NCBI GenBank assembly: GCA_038065795.1
Contig: JBBTQG010000003.1
Span: 1-33,993 of the forward strand
Length of the DNA: 33,993 nucleotides
Direction of reading: 5' to 3'
DNA from: Patescibacteria group bacterium
GTDB lineage: Bacteria > Patescibacteriota > Minisyncoccia > UBA6257 > HR35
A program made the translations under genes and the position numbers. This document shows, piece by piece, positions 16,684 through 26,408 of the stretch. The notes beneath the pieces were generated by a model, which was not told where the DNA came from, searched no databases, and saw only the letters and a list, made by a program, of their open reading frames with translations. The first letter of the stretch is position 1, and the number at the start of each line of letters is the position of its first letter.

Positions 16684-18810
16684 ATGAACAGAATTTATCC
16701 AATTGAAAAAACTAGGGATATAGGAATTATCGCGCATATTGACGCAGGAAAAACAACAGTTACTGAAAGAGTTTTATTTTACACAGGAATCAATTATAAA
16801 ATTGGTGAAGTCCATGAAGGAGCCGCAACAACTGATTGGATGCCTCAAGAACGAGAAAGGGGAATTACAATTACAGCCGCGGCAACAACTTGTTTTTGGA
16901 CGCAAACTTATAGAAATTCGCCCAACAGAGATAAGAAAGAGCAAATGGAATTTCGGTTAAATCTTATTGATACCCCGGGGCATGTTGATTTTACAGCTGA
17001 AGTTGAAAGGTCTTTGCGTGTTTTAGATGGAGCTGTTGTTGTTTTTGACGGAGTGCAGGGAGTAGAGGCGCAATCTGAAACAGTTTGGCATCAAGCCGAT
17101 ACCTATAGCGTCCCGAGAATTTGTTTTATAAATAAACTTGATAGAATGGGAGCGAGTTTTGAAGATTCCTTGCAATCAATTCATGATAGATTGACAACAA
17201 GCGCTGTGCCAATAAATATTCCAATGGGGTTGGAAGAAAATCATAAAGGAATTATTGATTTAATAGAAATGAAAGCGGTTTATTTTGAAGGAGACAACGG
17301 AGAAAATGTTGAGTATAAAGAAATTCCAAGTGAGTATAAAGATGAGGCTGAAAAATCTAAAAATTTTATGCTTGAAAAATTAGCTGAAAGCGATGAGGAG
17401 TTTATGAATAAATATTTTGCTAAGAATTTTACAAAAGATGACATTAGAGCTGCGATACGAAGAGGAACGATAAGCGGTCTTTTTATTCCTGTTTATTGCG
17501 GTTCTGCTTTAAAAAATAAAGGAGTTCAACCAGTATTAGATGGGGTTATTGATTTTTTGCCATCTCCTATTGACACGCCTCCGATTGAAGGAATTGACCC
17601 TAAAACTGATATTAAAATCACAAGAAAGAATTCTGACGATGACCCATTTTCAGGATTGGTTTTTAAAATTGCGGTTGACCCGTTTGTTGGGTCGTTATCG
17701 TATATTAGAATTTATTCTGGAATTTTAAATCGTGGCGACACTGTATTAAATCCAACAACAAACGAGACAATTAGAATTGGTAGAATTGTAAGAATGCACG
17801 CCAATCAAAGAGAAGAAGTCGATGCTATTTTTTCTGGAGACATAGGAGCGATTATTGGATTAAAAGATTCAAAAACTGGCGAAACATTATGTTCTCCAAA
17901 GGCGCCAATTATTTTAGAAAAAATTAATTTTCACGAACCTGTTATTTGGATGAAAATTGAGCCAAAGACAAAAATTGACCAAGAAAAAATGGGAACAAGT
18001 TTAAAGGCTTTATCAAATGAAGACCCGACTTTTAATATAAGAATTGACCATGAAACCGCAGAAACATTGATTGGAGGTATGGGTGAATTACATTTGGAAA
18101 TTATGGCTGATAGATTGAAAAGAGAATTTAGAGTTGAAACAAATGTTGGGAAACCGCAGGTTGCTTTTAGGGAAACAATAACTAAAAAAGAAGAAGCAGA
18201 AGGAAAATATATTAGACAATCAGGCGGTAGGGGTCAGTATGGGCATGTAAAAATTAGAGTAGAACCGCTTGAAAGAGATGCTGGATTTGAATTTGTTAAT
18301 GCGATTAAGGGAGGAAGAATTCCTGAAGAATATATTCCATCTGTTGAAAAGGGAATTATTGAAGCTATGGAAAAAGGAGTTTTGGCTGGATATCCGATGA
18401 AAGATATGAAGGTTACTTTATATGATGGAAGCTATCACGATGTTGACTCATCGGATATCGCTTTTAAAATCGCAGGGTCAATCGCGCTTCAAGGCGCGGT
18501 AAAAAGAGCTGGACCTATATTCTTAGAGCCGATTATGAAATTAGAAGTTGTGCTGCCTATAGAATTTTTAGGAGACATCACAGGAGATATGGCGGCAAGA
18601 CGAGCGAGGATTGAAGAAGTTTCAGATAGAAAAAATTTGAAAGTTATCAAATCGAGCGTTCCTCTCGCGGAAGTTTTTGGATATGTGACAACAGTCAGGT
18701 CTTTAACACAGGGAAGAGGATTTTCAACTTTGGAATTTTCTCATTATCAAGAAGTCCCAGCGCATTTGCAGGAGAGTATTATAAATAATAGAGTAGGAGG
18801 TAAAAGATAA
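16684..18810 (+). CDS. fusA: Elongation factor G
   Basis: [53 protein letters not shown]. Confidence 0.99.
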   Translation: MNRIYPIEKTRDIGIIAHIDAGKTTVTERVLFYTGINYKIGEVHEGAATTDWMPQERERGITITAAATTCFWTQTYRNSPNRDKKEQMEFRLNLIDTPGHVDFTAEVERSLRVLDGAVVVFDGVQGVEAQSETVWHQADTYSVPRICFINKLDRMGASFEDSLQSIHDRLTTSAVPINIPMGLEENHKGIIDLIEMKAVYFEGDNGENVEYKEIPSEYKDEAEKSKNFMLEKLAESDEEFMNKYFAKNFTKDDIRAAIRRGTISGLFIPVYCGSALKNKGVQPVLDGVIDFLPSPIDTPPIEGIDPKTDIKITRKNSDDDPFSGLVFKIAVDPFVGSLSYIRIYSGILNRGDTVLNPTTNETIRIGRIVRMHANQREEVDAIFSGDIGAIIGLKDSKTGETLCSPKAPIILEKINFHEPVIWMKIEPKTKIDQEKMGTSLKALSNEDPTFNIRIDHETAETLIGGMGELHLEIMADRLKREFRVETNVGKPQVAFRETITKKEEAEGKYIRQSGGRGQYGHVKIRVEPLERDAGFEFVNAIKGGRIPEEYIPSVEKGIIEAMEKGVLAGYPMKDMKVTLYDGSYHDVDSSDIAFKIAGSIALQGAVKRAGPIFLEPIMKLEVVLPIEFLGDITGDMAARRARIEEVSDRKNLKVIKSSVPLAEVFGYVTTVRSLTQGRGFSTLEFSHYQEVPAHLQESIINNRVGGKR

Positions 18811-18910
18811 TAAATCAACGCGTTATTGGTCGCGCTGAAAAAAAATTTTAAAAATATAAATTTGTAATTAAATAAAATTTATAAATTAGCCAAATGGGTT
18901 TGGTGCGTGG

Positions 18911-18950
18911 TCTTAATGTTGAATGCTATAAATAGCATTCAACATTAAGA
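18911..18950. repeat. Perfect 19-bp inverted repeat
   Basis: TCTTAATGTTGAATGCTAT-AA-ATAGCATTCAACATTAAGA. Confidence 0.9.
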
Positions 18951-19175
18951 TATAAAAATTTTGTTGAAAAATTGAAAAATAATTCAGCGAACTTAAGTAA
19001 AATGATGTTCGTTTTAATACTTAAGTAAAAATTAAAAATTTATACGGGAAAACACTGATAAATTGTGGCACATATAACATCAAGCGTTGGTGTTTTCAAA
19101 GAAATTACAAATGCTTGCATAAAAAATTAAATCAAAGATAGAATTCATTTTTTCGTATAATAATCTTATAAAAGT

Positions 19176-19610
19176 ATGAAAATAGGAAATAAGGGACAGC
19201 TTTTTTTGGAGGTTTTAATATCTTTGCTTGTTCTTTCAATAATTTTAGTGGGGGTTTTAAATATTTTATCCCTTACTCCTAAAATAGTTTTTTTCTCGGA
19301 AAAAAATCAAACTATTTCAAGTTTGCTTAATGAGTATATGAATATTGCGCTATCTTTTAGATATAAATATGACGATATAAAAAATTTAAGTTCTAGTCAA
19401 GACCATTATTTTGAAAAGTCGCAAGACGATTGGGCAGTTCATACAAATGCGCAAGAAACTATAATGGCAGAAGGAAATGCGTATAAAAGATATTTCAGGA
19501 TAGCTAATTATAGTGGTAGCGATTCAAAATTAATGACAATTTATCTGTCATCAACTTCAACTACGGAAAGTTTACAAATAATTATTACAGAATGGCAACA
19601 AGAAAATTAA
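19176..19610 (+). CDS. Type IV pilin-like (minor pilin) protein
   Basis: Class III signal-like NKG|QLFLEVL followed by a hydrophobic helix. Confidence 0.75.
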   Translation: MKIGNKGQLFLEVLISLLVLSIILVGVLNILSLTPKIVFFSEKNQTISSLLNEYMNIALSFRYKYDDIKNLSSSQDHYFEKSQDDWAVHTNAQETIMAEGNAYKRYFRIANYSGSDSKLMTIYLSSTSTTESLQIIITEWQQEN

Positions 19611-20485
19611 AAGGATTTACAATTATAGAATTTCTTTTATACATTGGAATTGCGGGGATTTTTATTGCAATAATATTACCGATAATAACCAGAACTATAA
19701 AAAGCGTTTCGTATTATCAGGCAAAAGTAAATGTGCGAAACGAGTTTTCAAAAATTTCTCAAAAAATAATGCAAGAAAGCCAAAATGCTGATAGTTTGAA
19801 TATTTTGCCTAATTGGGGTATAATATTCTGGAAGGGCAATGAGTATTTAGAGCTCAGAGTAACAAAGCCGAATCTAATAAGCGGGACAAAGCTTACTGGT
19901 TATGCATGGAGTTATCAGGTTGGAGGAATAGCCTTAAATGGGACAACAACAGAACAAAGCCCAGAAACTTTTCAAGTTGAAAGAACGGCAAATTCAGATT
20001 GTCAAATAACAATAGATACGCCAGTGAAAAGCAGTTTTTTATATGATGGTTACGCATGGTCTCCGAATATAGGTTGGATTGATTTTAGAGACATGAGCGG
20101 GCAATCAGAGTATGGAGTATGTGAGCAACCAAATGGCGATTTGCGTGGTTACGCGTGGAATGATGTAATTGGCTGGATTAGTTTTAATTGTATAGATTCA
20201 AATGTATGCGCTACGGCAAACTATAAAGTAAGTCAATCAAATGGCAGATTAATAGGAAACGCCTATAATGATGTAATTGGTTGGTTTAAATTTGATGGCG
20301 ATGAAGAGAAAATATATTTATGGGATGGTGGAAATGAAGAATTATTTACAAATGAATTTGTGAAAGTAAAAAATCTTAATTTTGAAAATATAGGAAAAAC
20401 AACAAGATTTAATTTAAGTATTAGCAATATAGACGAAACAAAAACTTTTACAGGAACCTCGACATTAACAAGATTTAGTAAATGA
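19592..20485 (+). CDS. Prepilin-type protein with G(Y/N)AW...IGWI repeats
   Basis: KG|FTIIEFLLY; four repeats GYAWSYQVGGI, GYAWSPNIGWI, GYAWNDVIGWI, GNAYNDVIGWF. Confidence 0.8.
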   Translation: MATRKLKGFTIIEFLLYIGIAGIFIAIILPIITRTIKSVSYYQAKVNVRNEFSKISQKIMQESQNADSLNILPNWGIIFWKGNEYLELRVTKPNLISGTKLTGYAWSYQVGGIALNGTTTEQSPETFQVERTANSDCQITIDTPVKSSFLYDGYAWSPNIGWIDFRDMSGQSEYGVCEQPNGDLRGYAWNDVIGWISFNCIDSNVCATANYKVSQSNGRLIGNAYNDVIGWFKFDGDEEKIYLWDGGNEELFTNEFVKVKNLNFENIGKTTRFNLSISNIDETKTFTGTSTLTRFSK

Positions 20486-20883
20486 TAAAAAATAAAGCGC
20501 AAGTTTTCTTTGTTTTAATTGTTATTTTGCTTTTAATTACAGTCGCTCTTGCTATTATGTTCGGAGGAGTTTTGTATAGCGAAACAATAACTCAAAAGTC
20601 AAAATTAGAAACAATTAAAGCTGATGGCTTACAAATGTCTGCTGTAAATCTTGCCGTTAAGGAGCTTATTTCAAATTCGCAATTTCAATTACCAACAACA
20701 ACGGTATCTGGAATTTCATCTGGAAGCGTTGTATATTCTGTAAAAAGAATTACGCCAACAACTACAAGAATAAACGCAAAAGCGACATTTGGCAAAATTA
20801 TAAAAGATTCGCAAACAGTAGTTGTGTTTAGCGCTTCAAGTACAACAAGCACAATAATAAGTATCAATGTTAATTATAATTAG
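20482..20883 (+). CDS. PilX-like minor pilin
   Basis: NKA|QVFFVL hydrophobic N-terminus lacking E5; third gene of an overlapping trio. Confidence 0.6.
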   Translation: MIKNKAQVFFVLIVILLLITVALAIMFGGVLYSETITQKSKLETIKADGLQMSAVNLAVKELISNSQFQLPTTTVSGISSGSVVYSVKRITPTTTRINAKATFGKIIKDSQTVVVFSASSTTSTIISINVNYN

Positions 20884-20921
20884 CAAATTTTAGAATTAAT
20901 ATTTTAGCTCATATGGTGAAA

Positions 20922-21036
20922 TTGTCCTGTTAGAAATGCCGTGGTGGTGGAATTGGAAGACACGCACGGTTCAGGGCTGTGTGTCCGCAAGGATGTGTGG
21001 GTTCGACTCCCACCCACGGCATTTCTAACGGGACAA
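20922..21036. mobile_element. CCCGTTAGAAA-family inverted-repeat element carrying tRNA-Leu
   Basis: TTGTCCTGTTAGAAAT (20922-20937) / ATTTCTAACGGGACAA (21021-21036), 15/16 match with one G-U pair. Confidence 0.75.
20938..21021 (+). tRNA. tRNA-Leu(CAG)
   Basis: GCCGTGG/CCACGGC + A; CACGG-TTCAGGG-CTGTG; variable arm; GTGGG-TTCGACT-CCCAC. Confidence 0.95.
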
Positions 21037-21157
21037 GGGAGTTATCGCCGTACCGCCCAATAATATTCCGTATTTTTTGGGATAGTAGATTTAATAAAAT
21101 CTTTAATTTTTCGAAATTTATATCATCTTACACAAGCGAAAATCTGCTTTGTAAGTT

Positions 21158-23008
21158 ATGAAAGAAATGCCACAACAAATAGTTATGGATATCACTCGTC
21201 AGTCATCAAAAACTGATAGAACAAAACAAAGGGTGACAAGAAGAAGGAGTAGCGCGCCAAGCGCAAGAGTAAGTCCAAAGATAAGCCCGAAAATAATTTC
21301 AGGCGACGTCGGAATATTGAAAATTATTCCACTCGGAGGACTTGAAGAAGTAGGAAGGAATCTTAATGTTTTTGAATATGTTCCAAAAGTTGGAAAGTCG
21401 GAAATATTAGTCGTTGATATGGGGTTGGGTTTCCCAGTAATCGGAGAAATGCCGGGCATAGATTTTGTATTGCCAAATATTGAGTATTTAACTGAAAATA
21501 AAGATAAAATCGTTGGAATTATAATTACGCACGGTCATTACGACCATATCGGAGCAATTCCATATTTTTTGGATAAAATTGGAAATCCACAAATTTATGC
21601 CGCTCCTTTAACTCGCGGATTAATCATAAAAAGACAAGAGGATTTTCCTCATGCGCCCAAGCCTCAAATTATAGAATTCAATAAAGATGACAGGAATGTT
21701 TTACAAATAGGCTCGTTTATCATAGAACATTTTCATGTTAATCATAGCATTCCAGACTCTGTTGGGTACTTTATCAAAACGCCGGTTGGAAATATTATGT
21801 ATACCGGTGACTTTAAAATTGATTTTACCCCAGTGTTTGATAAACCAGCTAATTTATCAAGAATAGTTGAGCTTGCTGGGAGGGGAGTAAAGTTATTGAT
21901 GATTGATTCAACGAATGCCTTTGAACCCGGGCATGCTATTTCCGAGAAAAAGATTATGGAAAATTTGGAAGAAATTATAAGACATTCAACGGGAAGAATT
22001 ATTGCTTCAACCTTCGCGTCGCTTCTTGAAAGAATACAGCAGTTAATATATATAGCTGGACTTTATGGGAGAAAAGTCGCAATAGAAGGGCGCTCAATGA
22101 AAACAAATGTTGAAGTAATAAGAAAATTAGGTTATTTGCAGGTTGCAAAGGGTGTGATTATTAAAGCCGAAGAAGCATTGAAACTTCCAGACAATGAAGT
22201 TTTGGTAATTTGCACTGGCGCTCAAGCTGAAGATTCTTCTGTACTAACAAGAATTGCGCATCGCGAACATAAATATTTTTCAATTATTCCGGGTGATACC
22301 CTTGTATTTTCTTCTTCTATAATTCCCGGAAATGAAAGGGCTGTTCAGGGACTTAAGGATGTATTAATAAAGCAAGGCGCAAAAGTCATTACATCTAAAA
22401 TTATGGATATTCACTCATCTGGTCATGCTCGAGCTGATGATGTTAGATTATTTATGAATTTAGTAAAACCAGAGTATGTTATGCCGATTCATGGAAATTA
22501 TTTTATGTTGAAAGCGGTAGAAGAAATAGCGCTTGAATTAGAATATAGCAAGGATAAAATTTTGATTGCGCAAAATGGAGATGTTATTGAAATGAATCCT
22601 GAAAAAATAGTCATCACAAATAATAAAGTTCCAGCAAATCTTGTATATGTTGATGGAATTGGAATTGGAGATATTGGAGAAGTTGTTATAAGGGACAGGC
22701 AAACTCTTTCAAAGGACGGGATGTTTGTTGTAATTGTTACAATAGACAGCCAGACTGGAGCGATACGAACAAGCCCTGATATCATTTCGCGAGGTTTTGT
22801 TTATTTGAGAGAATCCAGAGAATTACTAAGAGATGTTAGGAATCTTATTAGGAGAATTATTGAAAGAAATGTGAAGTTTCTTGGAGAGGAAGCTCCAATA
22901 ATTCAGGAAGAACAAATTAGATATCATTTAAAAGAGGAAATCGCAGAATTTTTGTTTAAAGTGACGCAAAGGAGACCGGTGGTGATACCGGTGGTGATAA
23001 AAGTTTAG
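21158..23008 (+). CDS. rnj: Ribonuclease J
   Basis: IIPLGGLEEVGRN, THGHYDHIG, NHSIPD, TGDFK, DSTN, HSSGH, PIHG. Confidence 0.96.
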   Translation: MKEMPQQIVMDITRQSSKTDRTKQRVTRRRSSAPSARVSPKISPKIISGDVGILKIIPLGGLEEVGRNLNVFEYVPKVGKSEILVVDMGLGFPVIGEMPGIDFVLPNIEYLTENKDKIVGIIITHGHYDHIGAIPYFLDKIGNPQIYAAPLTRGLIIKRQEDFPHAPKPQIIEFNKDDRNVLQIGSFIIEHFHVNHSIPDSVGYFIKTPVGNIMYTGDFKIDFTPVFDKPANLSRIVELAGRGVKLLMIDSTNAFEPGHAISEKKIMENLEEIIRHSTGRIIASTFASLLERIQQLIYIAGLYGRKVAIEGRSMKTNVEVIRKLGYLQVAKGVIIKAEEALKLPDNEVLVICTGAQAEDSSVLTRIAHREHKYFSIIPGDTLVFSSSIIPGNERAVQGLKDVLIKQGAKVITSKIMDIHSSGHARADDVRLFMNLVKPEYVMPIHGNYFMLKAVEEIALELEYSKDKILIAQNGDVIEMNPEKIVITNNKVPANLVYVDGIGIGDIGEVVIRDRQTLSKDGMFVVIVTIDSQTGAIRTSPDIISRGFVYLRESRELLRDVRNLIRRIIERNVKFLGEEAPIIQEEQIRYHLKEEIAEFLFKVTQRRPVVIPVVIKV

Positions 23009-23027
23009 CAGTTCAGAAAAAATTATT

Positions 23028-23152
23028 TGAAAGCACGCGTCTGGCGCCCCAGCGAGGCGCCAGCGCTCTGGCTCGCCCTCGCTCTTGTCAAGTATCGAGC
23101 TATGCTCGATACTTGACAAGCCATGCCCGCTCGGGCTCCGTAAGACTTTCAA
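23028..23152. repeat. GC-rich multi-hairpin element downstream of rnj
   Basis: TTGAAAG...CTTTCAA ends; CTGGCGCC/GGCGCCAG; perfect 17-bp IR CTTGTCAAGTATCGAGC-TAT-GCTCGATACTTGACAAG (23084-23120). Confidence 0.7.
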
Positions 23153-23266
23153 TTAATTTTTTTTTCACTTGTAGGATTTTGATTCATATGACAATCACTC
23201 GTTTCAAAATCCAGTAGTTAAAAAATTTATAAAAAAAGCTAACACAAACGAAATTGAGCTAGCTCA

Positions 23267-23539
23267 TTATCTTTGCGGAAGCTGTATAGATTGAAGCGCT
23301 TCCGTTAAGCGTTCAATGTAGCACTTCAATCTATTGATGGATTCTCGAGTGACAGAATCGTGTTCATTTTGTTCATTCATTATCATTTTCGCGACAGAAA
23401 GAAAATCTGATGCTGGGCTTAGCGCTTCGTCAACAGTTCTATATGGTTCTCCATGTAGCGATAAACCTTTACGCATTTCTTCTAATGCCCTATCAACACA
23501 AATTACAACTTTTGGGTTAGATATTACATAGTTAGACAT
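23267..23539 (-). CDS. Hypothetical protein
   Basis: 90-aa ORF with AAGGAGG upstream. Confidence 0.55.
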   Translation of the reverse strand: MSNYVISNPKVVICVDRALEEMRKGLSLHGEPYRTVDEALSPASDFLSVAKMIMNEQNEHDSVTRESINRLKCYIERLTEALQSIQLPQR

Positions 23540-23611
23540 TACATAGCCTCCTTAGTGCTACGAGCTAAAATAATAATGCAAAGAAAAAAGCTGATATGAT
23601 GGTGTGTCATA

Positions 23612-23890
23612 TCAGCTTTGGGTTGGCAGGTTTTTGGAGATTTCCCAGCTAATCCAGCCTGCTTTGGCGCAGCAGGTACTTTTCAATTTTCCGACGAGAT
23701 TTCCGTTGATGTACACTTCGCATTCCCAGTTTTGGGTGAAGCGAAGCCACGAATTTGAACCAAATGGATGTACGGGTAAGTTAATCCTTATATTCGGCGC
23801 TTTCAGTACTTTCCGCGCATCTTCGTAGAATGTGCATGTTCCGAAATTGATTTGTTCACAAATCTTTTCTAGCGTTTCTTTCGTGGTCAT
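23612..23890 (-). CDS. Hypothetical protein
   Basis: 92-aa ORF with AGGAG upstream. Confidence 0.5.
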   Translation of the reverse strand: MTTKETLEKICEQINFGTCTFYEDARKVLKAPNIRINLPVHPFGSNSWLRFTQNWECEVYINGNLVGKLKSTCCAKAGWISWEISKNLPTQS

Positions 23891-23933
23891 TGCGAGAACT
23901 CCTATTGTATAGGATTTCTGCTAAAATTATACA

Positions 23934-24446
23934 ATGAAAATTGAAATTTATACAGATGGAGGTGCAATTGATAATCCCGGACAAGGGGCTATTGGAGTTG
24001 TTATTAGATATAGTGGGAAAATAAAGGAATACGCAGAAAGAATAGGGGATTGCACGAATAATCAGGCTGAATATAAAGCTGTTATTTTTGGGTTGAAAAA
24101 ATTGAGACTTTTAATTGGGAAAGAGAAACGTGAAGCTTCTCATAATAGGATGCGTAGCATTATTGACAAAGATTTGAAATGCTTCACGTCAAAATTTCGC
24201 AGCAAACTGCGAAATTTTGACATTAAAACATCTGAAATAATTTTACATTTAGACAGCGAGCTTGTCGGTAATCAACTTTTGGGGAAATACAAAATTAAAG
24301 ACAAAGAACTCGCGCCATTATTTATTCAATACTGGAATTTAAAAATTGATTTACCAAATCTAAAAATCAAAATTGTTCCTCGCGAACAAAATAAAGAAGC
24401 CGATAAACTCGTAAAAAGCGCGCTATTTAAAAAAGAGCTGTTTTAG
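23934..24446 (+). CDS. rnhA: Ribonuclease HI family protein, with a 31-aa palindromic insertion
   Basis: YTDGG, NPG, TNNQAEY, LDSELV, VPREQNKEADKL; all four acidic catalytic residues are present. Confidence 0.92.
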   Translation: MKIEIYTDGGAIDNPGQGAIGVVIRYSGKIKEYAERIGDCTNNQAEYKAVIFGLKKLRLLIGKEKREASHNRMRSIIDKDLKCFTSKFRSKLRNFDIKTSEIILHLDSELVGNQLLGKYKIKDKELAPLFIQYWNLKIDLPNLKIKIVPREQNKEADKLVKSALFKKELF

Positions 24447-24467
24447 CATTTTGTATAACGCAAAGTA

Positions 24468-24515
24468 TTGACAAAATTTTAAAAGTGCTATAAAATTGTA
24501 ATACAAAGTATTACA
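24468..24515 (+). promoter_or_regulatory. TA promoter with operator palindrome
   Basis: TTGACA-N17-TAAAAT, then TGTAATAC-AAA-GTATTACA. Confidence 0.7.
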
Positions 24516-24635
24516 CAAATTAAATTGCCAAAAATGATGCCCAAAAATATATTTTTCGGCGCATAAAATAATTAATTATTTTATGCTTTATCATTTTTGG
24601 CTCTGAAAATAACAAGTTATTTTCAATGTTTTAAA

Positions 24636-24851
24636 ATGAGACAAGTTATAAATATTTCACTTCCGGAAAAATTAGCGGATGTGGTTGAAAGGGAAGTTAA
24701 AACTGGGCAATATGCCACAAAGAGCGAATTTTTTAGAGACCTTTTAAGATTATGGGAAGAAGAAAAAATTTTACAAAATTTGAGAAAAAGTCAGCAAGAT
24801 ATTTTAAATGGCAAATGTAAAATTTTAAAATCGTTAAAAGATTTACGATAA
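24636..24851 (+). CDS. Ribbon-helix-helix (CopG/ParD-like) antitoxin
   Basis: MRQVINISLPEKLADVVEREVKTGQYATKSEFFRDLLR; start re-called at ATG 24636. Confidence 0.85.
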   Translation: MRQVINISLPEKLADVVEREVKTGQYATKSEFFRDLLRLWEEEKILQNLRKSQQDILNGKCKILKSLKDLR

Positions 24852-24865
24852 AATTGGAAAGTTGA

Positions 24866-25123
24866 ATGAAAATTATTTATTCATCTAAATTTGAAAAAGA
24901 ATATAAAAAATTGCCTTATAAGATTAAGTTGATTGCGGAGAAAAAAGAGAAACTATTTCGTAAAAATCCATTTAATCCGATATTAAATACGCATAAACTT
25001 CACGGTAGATTATATGAATTTTGGTCGTTTAGTATAACCGATAAATACAGAATTGTTTTTGAATTCACAGAAAGCGATATAATTTATTTTCATTCAGTCG
25101 GCACTCATGAAATTTATAGATAA
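24866..25123 (+). CDS. RelE/YafQ-family toxin
   Basis: IIYSSKFEKEYKKL...LNTHKLHG...WSFSITDKYRIVF...VGTHEIY. Confidence 0.88.
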   Translation: MKIIYSSKFEKEYKKLPYKIKLIAEKKEKLFRKNPFNPILNTHKLHGRLYEFWSFSITDKYRIVFEFTESDIIYFHSVGTHEIYR

Positions 25124-25170
25124 TAAACTCGTAAAAAGCGTATTATTTAAAAAGGAATTGTTTTAGCATT

Positions 25171-25800
25171 TTATTTTTTGGCTTCAATTACTTTATCAAT
25201 AACCCCGTATTCTTTTGCTTCTTCGGCTGATAAATAAAAATCCCTGTCTGTGTCTTTACCGATATCTTCAAAAGTTTTTCCTGTGTGTTTAGCTAAAATT
25301 TTATTCACTCGTTCTTTTATTTTTATAATTTGCCTTGCTGTTATTTCAATTTCAATAGCTTGACCTCCAGCTTCACCCATAATTTGGTGAAGCAAAATTT
25401 CTGTATTTGGGAGCGCCATTCTTTTTCCTTTGGCGCCTGACGCCAAAAGAAGCGCTGCGGCTGACGCTGTCATTCCAATTCCAATTGTTGAAACATCTGG
25501 TTTGATAAATTGAATTGTGTCATAAATCGCCAATGCCGCCATAACAGAACCTCCGGGGGAGTTAATGTAAAAATGAATATCTTTTTCTGGGTCTTCATGT
25601 TCTAAAAATAAAAGTTGAGCAATTACAGCATTTGCAATCGGGTCAATTATTGGACCACTTAAAAAAATTATTCTGTCTTTTAATAATCTTGAATAAATAT
25701 CGTAAGCTCTTTCGCCAAATTGTGTTTTTTCAATAACATATGGAACAATATCAAATGATTTTGGTTCGAAAAATGACGCGTTTGATTTTTCTATTTTCAT
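25171..25800 (-). CDS. clpP: ATP-dependent Clp protease proteolytic subunit
   Basis: [32 protein letters not shown] (Ser), LLHQ (His), DTDRD (Asp). Confidence 0.97.
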   Translation of the reverse strand: MKIEKSNASFFEPKSFDIVPYVIEKTQFGERAYDIYSRLLKDRIIFLSGPIIDPIANAVIAQLLFLEHEDPEKDIHFYINSPGGSVMAALAIYDTIQFIKPDVSTIGIGMTASAAALLLASGAKGKRMALPNTEILLHQIMGEAGGQAIEIEITARQIIKIKERVNKILAKHTGKTFEDIGKDTDRDFYLSAEEAKEYGVIDKVIEAKK

Positions 25801-26408
25801 TTTGATTTTATCTTTTTATTTGCTTTTTTAGCAAAATCCAAATTAATTGGACGAAAAAGAATAATGTATAAAATAATAAAATTGATAACCGCTCTTATTA
25901 TAAACCCTATTGGCAAAAAATAAAAAAGCCAAACAAATTCTGAAACAATAAAGCTTTTCACAAAGGCGTTTGGTGGAGTTTCATTAAAAATAATAAACAT
26001 TATCAAAAAGCTGAGCAAAAATACCGCGAGCATTACAAAAAATGATGATAAAATAGCGCTACCTAATACAAACTGAGAAATTAGTAAAATTAAAAATATG
26101 TACGAAAGCCAGAAAATCTTTTCTTTTTTCCATAATAAAATTAAAGCAATTAGCCAAATCAAAGTTAAAACAGGAATGCTTAAATTAAAAAATGGTTGAG
26201 CTAATAAGAATGGAAGGGGAGCCAAAAATGTTGAAAGCGTAAGTTTTGCTCCCTTTAAAAAATAAAGATTTAATAAAAAGAAAATTATAAAAAATAATAC
26301 AAGAACCCATTCTTTAATAAGAGACCAGTAAAAAAATAAATCACCCAAAGCAAGACCTGACACTAAATGAAAATTATTATATATCCAAGTTTTTGACTTC
26401 CTTAGCAT
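25797..26408 (-). CDS. Multi-pass membrane protein
   Basis: Highly hydrophobic 203 aa; overlaps both gyrB and clpP. Confidence 0.7.
   Translation of the reverse strand: MLRKSKTWIYNNFHLVSGLALGDLFFYWSLIKEWVLVLFFIIFFLLNLYFLKGAKLTLSTFLAPLPFLLAQPFFNLSIPVLTLIWLIALILLWKKEKIFWLSYIFLILLISQFVLGSAILSSFFVMLAVFLLSFLIMFIIFNETPPNAFVKSFIVSEFVWLFYFLPIGFIIRAVINFIILYIILFRPINLDFAKKANKKIKSK

Larger units (their letters stand above)
24403..25172. mobile_element. 720-bp TA cassette flanked by 50-bp direct repeats of the rnhA 3' end
   Basis: 24403-24452 vs 25123-25172, 44/50 identical. Confidence 0.85.

Noticed and set aside
20979-21161. 60-aa ORF, and likewise 1636-1824, 22928-23152 and 33612-33902
   Set aside because: These overlap tRNAs or GC-rich hairpin elements, which explains the absence of stop codons.
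24597-24635. TTG-started extension of the RHH antitoxin
   Set aside because: It lies in a hairpin cluster; ATG 24636 places the RHH beta-strand at the N-terminus as expected.
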